A stretch of 64,000 bases of DNA from Candidatus Omnitrophota bacterium. Its GTDB lineage: Bacteria > Omnitrophota > Omnitrophia > Omnitrophales > Aquincolibacteriaceae. The translations under genes were made by a program, and so were the position numbers. The DNA is taken from NCBI GenBank assembly GCA_022705945.1, contig JAKJDL010000001.1:227582-291581 (forward strand), written 5' to 3'. Within the stretch, counting starts at the first letter, position 1; every line of letters begins with the position of its first letter. The notes under the pieces were generated by a model. The model made no database searches. It saw only the letters and a list, made by a program, of their open reading frames with translations, and had not been told where the DNA came from. Positions 57,876 through 64,000 of the stretch are shown piece after piece.

Positions 57876-60008
57876 TTATTTAAAACCGGTTTCAACATAA
57901 CGTTTTTTCTTTCTCAAAACCATAAAGAGAGTGGCGGTCAAAACTAAAAAAACGGAGGAGATCAAAACCCCGGCCGCAAACGAGGACGGAGTATACCAAA
58001 GTCGCACGAAGTTGCGGCCCGGTCGCAAAAAAACAGCCCGGAAAGCCCCGTTTGCACGATAAATGTTTTCTTCCTTGCCGTTCACTCGAACCTTCCAGCC
58101 CGGATAAAAGAGATCCGAAATAACCAGAAAAGAGGGCTGTTTGACAGCAACTTCAAGATCCGCTTTCTGTGAAGTTTCCCTGATAACCTTTACCCGGTTA
58201 TCACTCAGGGATTTATCCGTTTCTTTATCGGGAAGCTCCGTAGGCATCGGGGGTTTTTCTATCGTGACCGTCGTAGTGAAATCAATATCGCCGTCCGCGA
58301 TCCTCTCGACAGCCTCCCGATAATTTTCTACCGCTATCGCATAAGGCGCCACCCGGAATCTGTCAAGAGCGCCGGGCACCTCATAGACCAGGATATCCCC
58401 GAAAGCGGCTGTCTGCTTTAACAAAGGATTATCGATAACCCTGTCTGACAGAATATATTTGACGCTCGCCAATCTTAAAAAGGTCAAATCGCCTTCAGGG
58501 TCCATTCGATCTTTAACCGCATCATACTCCGGCAAAGGAAATTCAATAAGCCCCGTGGCACTTTTGATTCTAAATCGAATATTATTGTCAGCCTCGAGAA
58601 GATCCACCATATGCCTGTCTTGATCGCGAACGGAGAATATTCTTTGATCCGCCAATTGTTGAGATAAAAAACCGGTTACCGGGGGATAGAAATCGGCTGA
58701 GCGTTTATCGGGAGATCTGCTCCGGAAAAAATCGAAAAAATGGTTCGAAAAAAACCAAAGCTCGGACACCGTCAAAACAATCACCGCCACACCAAAAAGT
58801 TTGAGTTTGGGTTTCATTCCCCCTTTCTTGGCGGAAGCTTTTATCCAGATATCCAGCCCCAGACCGGCCAACACAGCTAAAATAAAGGTGGCAATATAAA
58901 GGGTTCGATAACTTCGTCCTATGTATTTTATGAAAAAAAGCGGCTCAAGAGCATACGTAAAAAATGGATTGTTTTCGCCCAAAGCTAAAAAAAACGCTAT
59001 GGCGCACAGCGATAGAAAAGTGCAGATAAGTCCGTTTCTGATTTTTAAAACCGCCCACAGGCATAAAAACAACGGCGCGGTCCCCAGGTACATGCAAGTC
59101 TGCATATCAAAACCATCCGGGAGCCTACCGTTGGTCCAGGGGTAAAAAAAAGTCAAAAGGGCGTGAGGAGACATGGAATTGTCAAAGATTAATTCGCTGT
59201 CGGTCCCGAGCGACCGGCTTGAAAGCCGGAACAACTCAAGTGTGGGGAGATTCTGAACGGCTGAAAGGCCGAGGCCGATCAGAAGCGCCGTGCCCAAAAA
59301 AGACAGATGCCGCAAAAAATCTTTTTTGGGTCTTTGAAACAGCCCCCTTATAAACAAATAAAGCCCCGCGAAAAAAATGGAATAAACGGCAAAGGAGTAA
59401 TACCCCGAGAGAAGCTGCAATCCAAAAACGCACCCGAGCATTAACGCGCTGATTGGGTTTTTGTCTTTAAGATATTTTTCGATTAAAAAAAAGGCCGCGG
59501 GTAGCCAAGGCATGGGACGCACACGAGCAAGGCTGCTTATGTGAAAAACCACAAAAGAGCTTAAAATCAATACCGCTGCCGAGAAAAAAGCGCTGATTTT
59601 GCGGGCATCCAAGCTTTTGGTATAAAGATAAGTGAACACCCCGATCAGAAAAATGTGCAGGAATAATGATGCGTTGTGCGCAACAGCAGCGGGAAAACAC
59701 AAGAAAAGCAAGATGTCGATGGGATAAAAACTTCCGGGTTGCGCATTGGCCAACAAGGGATACCCGCAATAAATATACGGATTCCAAAGCGGGAAGACAC
59801 CGCTTTTCAAAAATTCGGCACTTAACCCAACCCGGCCATAAGGAGCATCGATTCCGTCATGCAGCAAGCTGATCCCGGCGATCAACCCGCCTTGGCTCAG
59901 GATGGTTTGAAAAAAAAACGGCAGGATAATGAAGCCGAGCATACTCAAAAAGACCAGATCTCTTTTATCAATTTTCACAAGTTTCGCCCGCCGGTTTTTG
60001 TAATACAA
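57876..60008 (-). CDS. YfhO-like polytopic membrane protein, paralog 3.
   Basis: FPLWNPYIYCGYPLLANAQPGSFYP. Multi-TM with a C-terminal TM. Confidence 0.55.
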   Translation of the reverse strand: MYYKNRRAKLVKIDKRDLVFLSMLGFIILPFFFQTILSQGGLIAGISLLHDGIDAPYGRVGLSAEFLKSGVFPLWNPYIYCGYPLLANAQPGSFYPIDILLFLCFPAAVAHNASLFLHIFLIGVFTYLYTKSLDARKISAFFSAAVLILSSFVVFHISSLARVRPMPWLPAAFFLIEKYLKDKNPISALMLGCVFGLQLLSGYYSFAVYSIFFAGLYLFIRGLFQRPKKDFLRHLSFLGTALLIGLGLSAVQNLPTLELFRLSSRSLGTDSELIFDNSMSPHALLTFFYPWTNGRLPDGFDMQTCMYLGTAPLFLCLWAVLKIRNGLICTFLSLCAIAFFLALGENNPFFTYALEPLFFIKYIGRSYRTLYIATFILAVLAGLGLDIWIKASAKKGGMKPKLKLFGVAVIVLTVSELWFFSNHFFDFFRSRSPDKRSADFYPPVTGFLSQQLADQRIFSVRDQDRHMVDLLEADNNIRFRIKSATGLIEFPLPEYDAVKDRMDPEGDLTFLRLASVKYILSDRVIDNPLLKQTAAFGDILVYEVPGALDRFRVAPYAIAVENYREAVERIADGDIDFTTTVTIEKPPMPTELPDKETDKSLSDNRVKVIRETSQKADLEVAVKQPSFLVISDLFYPGWKVRVNGKEENIYRANGAFRAVFLRPGRNFVRLWYTPSSFAAGVLISSVFLVLTATLFMVLRKKKRYVETGFK

Positions 60009-60184
60009 AACACTGATTGATAAAGGCCCATCCTGATAATTTTATTTTCCCGATAGCTCAGTCTGTCTTCCGGGCCAATTGTGCGGCAACTTCGGCCCGT
60101 TGTTGATACCGGAGCTTAAACGGGGCTTTTTCACTCCTGTCCGAGTGATATTGAACCCCCAATACACCATCCGTCATGCCGCTT

Positions 60185-61174
60185 TTACCTGAAAAACCTT
60201 TTAAGCCGGTTATACACCGCATTAAGGTTCCCCTTGAAAAAATAATTAACTTCGACCCTCTCGGCGCACCAGCAGAAATCACAGGTCATGGGTTTCGTTT
60301 TAAGAAACAAATCCCTGAGATCTTCCTGAAAACAATTTCCGGCAATGTTCGGCCGGGGACAAACTCCGCAAAGCATGACATTGCCGCGAGGATCAATGCG
60401 TCGGAATATAAACTCGCCCGCGCAAGAAAGGGGGGCGGGATCCGGCCATAATTTAAGGTGCCGCAGTCCCGCAACAGAATTACCTATATTCGCACCTTTT
60501 TTTTTCAGTGCGATCAAATAATCGAGCATTTCCCGATAGTCTGTGATAAAAGGATCCACAAGGGTCTTCCCCTGTCCTCTGAGACGGTTTTGGAAAACGG
60601 GCTGAAAGGTAACGTCGCTTTTGTAGTTCGATGCAAATTTCAACATAAAATCAATATACCGGGATTGAACGTTGCCGGCCGACAAAACCGTCAGGAAACC
60701 TGTTTTAACGGAGTGGCGGGCCGCCGCCTCCGCGGCATCGACCACTCTTTTGAAAGACCCTGCCCCGCGCAACGGATCATTCACCTCCTCGGGGCCATCC
60801 AAACTTAATGTTAACTTCCCAACCGGCCGGATCTCTTTGATTCGTAAAGGAACCAGGGCTCCGTTTGAATTCAAGCGGGTCAGAATACCCTCTTGCGAAC
60901 AACAATCCAGTATTCTGCCAATGTCTTCTCTCAGAAGGGGCTCCCCTCCCGTAAAGGATATTACCTTGACCCCCAGACGAGCCATCGTCCTGATCAGGAA
61001 GAGGACCTTCTCTTCCCGGATCTCTTCCGATACAGAAACCTGATGCTCGTTACAATAAACACAACGGTAATTACACCTCTCGGTAATAATCCAGCTGACC
61101 GCCAAAGGAATTCTTCTCCTCAAAACCTTGGCTAAAATCACCCCCCCGAGCAGACCTAAAGTGTTTTTTGTCAT
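60185..61174 (-). CDS. Radical SAM/SPASM-domain protein.
   Basis: LAVSWIITERCNYRCVYC, FTGGEPLLRED and C-terminal CAGE...CGVCPRPN...CDFCWC. Confidence 0.8.
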   Translation of the reverse strand: MTKNTLGLLGGVILAKVLRRRIPLAVSWIITERCNYRCVYCNEHQVSVSEEIREEKVLFLIRTMARLGVKVISFTGGEPLLREDIGRILDCCSQEGILTRLNSNGALVPLRIKEIRPVGKLTLSLDGPEEVNDPLRGAGSFKRVVDAAEAAARHSVKTGFLTVLSAGNVQSRYIDFMLKFASNYKSDVTFQPVFQNRLRGQGKTLVDPFITDYREMLDYLIALKKKGANIGNSVAGLRHLKLWPDPAPLSCAGEFIFRRIDPRGNVMLCGVCPRPNIAGNCFQEDLRDLFLKTKPMTCDFCWCAERVEVNYFFKGNLNAVYNRLKRFFR

Positions 61175-62697
61175 GGCGTTCTCTTGATTTTTATAAACGA
61201 AAACGCTCTTGAGAGCAAATATCCGGTTCTTTCGAGGTAGTTTTTAAAATAAACCCAAAATCGCGGATCACGATTTTTAATTCCTATAAAAATTTTCAGG
61301 CAATCCACCAAAAAATCGGGCAAAAAACGGGCTCTTAGGTATCTTTTTTCTTCAGAAAGCCATCTCACGGTATTTTCTGATAATAGAGGCAGTATCGAAT
61401 AAAGCTTTTTTAAAGCCTCTCCCGCCTTCTTTACGTCCTCATCCCCAAGATCCGCCTGACGAAAAAAACCATCTGTTCTTCCTTGCTCTATTTCCCGGAC
61501 ATCATCTTCGGAAAGTGTTTTTTCACGGAGAGCGATATCTACGATCTCAAGCTTGGGGAAATAACAAAGATTAAAGCATTTGATCCTGTTTAAACGCTTA
61601 TAGCGTTTAAAGCGGGAAGCGGCGCGAGCCGCGTCATCGGTATTTTCTCCGGGAAGATCAAACATCAGATCGGCGTCAAACCATATCCCGGCTTCATCGC
61701 ACAAGCGGAAAACCTTCCATATCTGGTCATCGGTAACAGGCCGATTAAGAAACCTTTCCCGAACGCGGCGATTCATCGACTGAATTCCGAAGTTCACCGC
61801 GTAGCAATTACTCTCCCGAAGCTCAATCGCTATTTCCCGATCAAAAGATTCCAGGTGTCCCATACACTTGAACGGCACTCCGATACGGGTCCGGTATTCT
61901 TTCAAAAAAGCCTTCATCCACTCCTTGTTATAATGAAAAATATTATCAAAAAAAATAATCCTCTCATATCGATACCGATGTTTCATGAGCTCAAGCTCCG
62001 AAATCATCGATCCGACACTTCTTTGACGGAAATATTTTGGCCCGTAAAACCTGTTCATAAAGCTCTCACAGCAGTAAGTGCAGCTGTAAGGACATCCCCG
62101 CGAGGTCATGACAAGAAAATCGTCGCGATAATTTATATGTCGCTCAAAAAGAGCTTTGTCGGGATAAGGGAGTAAATCCAGATTGGTTATTAACCTGTCG
62201 GAAATCTTATTCTTGATGACTTTTCCGTCTTTTTTATAAAAAACATTATCGATATCGCAGTTTTTTGCGGGTTTTTGAAGGAAGCGAACCAATTCAACAA
62301 AGGTTTTCTCGGATTCGCCGGCAACAACATAGTCAACGGCATCCGCCCCGGCAACAATCTCCGGTACCAGGGTGGCGTGGCTTCCTCCCACCACAATCTT
62401 GGTTTCTATATGCTCCTTTATCGATCGCGCAAAGCGCTTGATCCAATCAAAATTGGCCGTGTAAGCCGAAAAGGCTACAACATCGGGTTTTTCCCTGCAT
62501 ATTTGAGACAACATCTCTTTTTCACGGCTAAATGCTCTTTCCAGCCACGGGTTGTAAAGAGTGTTATCTTGCTTACTGAAATATCCGGGGTCATAGCTCA
62601 ACAAAACCTCGACATCCAGACCGCTTTGTTTTAGAACAGCCGACAAATACTCAATCCCCAGATGCTCCCTGCCGAGATGGCAAAAAAGAACCTTCAC
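61171..62697 (-). CDS. Cobalamin-binding radical SAM protein (class B).
   Basis: B12-binding-like N-terminus and TSRGCPYSCTYC. There are 4-nt overlaps with both neighbours. Confidence 0.85.
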   Translation of the reverse strand: MKVLFCHLGREHLGIEYLSAVLKQSGLDVEVLLSYDPGYFSKQDNTLYNPWLERAFSREKEMLSQICREKPDVVAFSAYTANFDWIKRFARSIKEHIETKIVVGGSHATLVPEIVAGADAVDYVVAGESEKTFVELVRFLQKPAKNCDIDNVFYKKDGKVIKNKISDRLITNLDLLPYPDKALFERHINYRDDFLVMTSRGCPYSCTYCCESFMNRFYGPKYFRQRSVGSMISELELMKHRYRYERIIFFDNIFHYNKEWMKAFLKEYRTRIGVPFKCMGHLESFDREIAIELRESNCYAVNFGIQSMNRRVRERFLNRPVTDDQIWKVFRLCDEAGIWFDADLMFDLPGENTDDAARAASRFKRYKRLNRIKCFNLCYFPKLEIVDIALREKTLSEDDVREIEQGRTDGFFRQADLGDEDVKKAGEALKKLYSILPLLSENTVRWLSEEKRYLRARFLPDFLVDCLKIFIGIKNRDPRFWVYFKNYLERTGYLLSRAFSFIKIKRTP

Positions 62698-63686
62698 CTT
62701 AATCCCCCCCCTTCAGGGTTCCGGCTCATAAGAGCTTTTAAAAAAAAAGGTAATGGGAGCAGTCCGGCTATTGCCGGGAGAAGATAACAGACAAGGGAAT
62801 ATAAAAGACCGCAACTCAGCAATGCTTCATTTGAAGCGTTGCCGGAAAAAAAATACAGAACCGCCAGTTCACGAGTCCCGAGACCAAACAAGGTGAAGGG
62901 CAAGTTTGTAATAAACATGATGGCGGGAACCGCGAATAATGCTTTTGCGAACGGGATATCGATCGCCAGCGTTCGCGCCAAAGAAAAGAATATGATTACT
63001 TCTATCAGTTCGATTAATATCGCGAGCCCCAGGATTTTCAAAATCTTTCTCTTCTCGCTCCGAAAAAACCGGGCGACCGCCGTCAACCGCTCTAAAAACC
63101 CCCGAACTCGGTTATTGGTCCCATGTTGTTTTAAAAATCTTACGGCCAACACTAACGTTCCGGCCATCACGGTTAAAACAGCCGCGCCTTTTAAAGCGGC
63201 GGCATTTCCGTTAAACATGAGTCCGGTCAAAATAATCATTAAAAGCACAACGGCTGCCAGGAACATACTGATCATTATCGTTTGAAGCGATTGGGTAACG
63301 GGGACAGACCGTTTCCATTTCAGATATCCGCACACGAAAAACTCGCCTGCCTTCAGGGGAAACACTCCCTTGAGAGGAGCGGCTGCCATTCTTATAAACA
63401 TCGCTTCACCAAAGGAAATGGACGGGCCGACCGCCTTGAGTATCCACCTAAACTCAAGCGGCACAAGGATGGCGGCCGAGAAGAGAGAGAGAACTGCTAT
63501 GCTTCCGAGTTTCGTCCGGCTCACATCCTCAATCAGGCAAAGCACTTGGGTTGCATCATTTTTTTTAAAGAAAAAAATAAAAAAAAGCCCCGTTAAAAAA
63601 ACCGTTAAAAAAAACCGCAGGTTGTTTTGAATCCGCTTTTTATTGTTGGGCAAGGCTGCTTTCACCGCCGCGACAGACGAGCACAT
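62694..63686 (-). CDS. Flippase-like / lysylphosphatidylglycerol-synthase-TM-domain (UPF0104) membrane protein.
   Basis: ~8 TM helices with the pattern typical of LPG_synthase_TM-type proteins, which often accompany GT2 enzymes. Confidence 0.6.
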   Translation of the reverse strand: MCSSVAAVKAALPNNKKRIQNNLRFFLTVFLTGLFFIFFFKKNDATQVLCLIEDVSRTKLGSIAVLSLFSAAILVPLEFRWILKAVGPSISFGEAMFIRMAAAPLKGVFPLKAGEFFVCGYLKWKRSVPVTQSLQTIMISMFLAAVVLLMIILTGLMFNGNAAALKGAAVLTVMAGTLVLAVRFLKQHGTNNRVRGFLERLTAVARFFRSEKRKILKILGLAILIELIEVIIFFSLARTLAIDIPFAKALFAVPAIMFITNLPFTLFGLGTRELAVLYFFSGNASNEALLSCGLLYSLVCYLLPAIAGLLPLPFFLKALMSRNPEGGGLR

Positions 63687-64000
63687 TGAACACCTTTAAA
63701 AACTGTTTCATGGTCAACTTTAAAAGACCGTGCTTTAAAATAATCCTTAAGAAAAGAAAATGCCCTCGGATCCGTCCACCGGCTTGTTATCACCCAAACG
63801 TCTTCGGGTTTCCACGGCAGACGACGGACTTCCTGCATGGAAACTTCAAAGTCTTTTACAAAAAACAACTCACTGTGCTTCTGGTTTTCCCTGAGCCCGA
63901 CAAAAAACATTCTGGGCTTTTCGATTGAAACCGTGTTCTGATCTTCCGGACCGTCAACAATCCTTAAATTTTTCAAAAAATCCGGGCCTCTAAAATAATA
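63662..64000 (-). CDS. Hypothetical protein, partial. The ORF stays open to the window edge, and the apparent start at 63976 is TTG.
   Basis: An open frame continues upstream with no stop before position 64000. No family recognised. Confidence 0.3.
   Translation of the reverse strand, partial: YYFRGPDFLKNLRIVDGPEDQNTVSIEKPRMFFVGLRENQKHSELFFVKDFEVSMQEVRRLPWKPEDVWVITSRWTDPRAFSFLKDYFKARSFKVDHETVFKGVQCARLSRR

Noticed and set aside
60058-60282. 74-aa minus-strand ORF partly in the 177-nt gap before the 60185 rSAM gene, a candidate leader or precursor peptide.
   Set aside because: It overlaps the rSAM start in another frame. It is basic, not Cys/Gly-rich, and shows no leader-core organisation, so I did not call a RiPP precursor.
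29005-64000. Alternative reading of the locus as a RiPP (ribosomal peptide) cluster because of the many SPASM radical SAM enzymes.
   Set aside because: No precursor-peptide gene was found. No peptidase, no LanB/YcaO/PqqD-like RiPP recognition element and no peptide-export ABC transporter of the PCAT type is present. Instead Wzm/Wzt, GT2/GT4, DegT and epimerases dominate. The possibility is kept open in findings as a refutation test.

Overview
The window reads as a bacterial chromosomal segment from a probable anaerobe, likely Deltaproteobacteria- or Nitrospirae-like, judging by TIGR04073 exosortase-associated proteins, a four-helix-bundle protein and many radical SAM genes. It falls into three parts.

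(1) 1-22.8 kb is housekeeping, mostly on the minus strand. It holds a TCA operon icd-mdh-acnA (acnA runs off the 5' edge), suhB, mutY, pyrE, TrmJ-like and RsmB rRNA/tRNA methyltransferases, pepA, rnhA, cysE, ychF, rlmN, corA, a CheY-like receiver, a PilZ protein and cstA. Three small secreted TIGR04073-like proteins are interspersed.

(2) 22.8-25.3 kb is a low-GC islet abutting the 3' end of a tRNA-Ser(UGA) gene. It carries an EcoRI/RsrI-family Type II restriction-modification pair: a beta-class DPPY N6-adenine methyltransferase and an endonuclease clearly homologous to R.EcoRI. A 44-aa ORF is translationally coupled to the methyltransferase. tadA, an outer-membrane beta-barrel protein and two lipoproteins follow.

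(3) 29.0-64.0 kb is a single-strand, tightly coupled locus of 23 or more genes that continues past the 3' edge. It looks like an ABC-transporter-dependent (Wzm/Wzt) glycan pathway: two CDP-paratose-2-epimerase-like SDRs, GT2 and GT4 transferases, an SGNH esterase, a DegT aminotransferase and a SAM methyltransferase. It also has three paralogous YfhO-like GT-C membrane proteins, a GtrB/CsbB-like membrane GT2 and a flippase-like protein. Its standout feature is radical SAM density, roughly ten domains. Four are cobalamin-binding class-B enzymes, one with a C-terminal TM anchor and one with a ~300-aa N-terminal domain. Three are stand-alone rSAM/SPASM proteins. One 1473-aa protein is three tandem rSAM/SPASM modules fused together.

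A ~90-aa stretch near the Wzt C-terminus aligns without gaps to the N-terminal domain of the 800-aa B12-rSAM. This suggests the radical enzymes and the exporter recognise the same polymer feature. I regard this rSAM-rich glycan-tailoring and export locus as the most novel system in the window.

All calls come from reading the translations and sequence by eye. No database searches were run.
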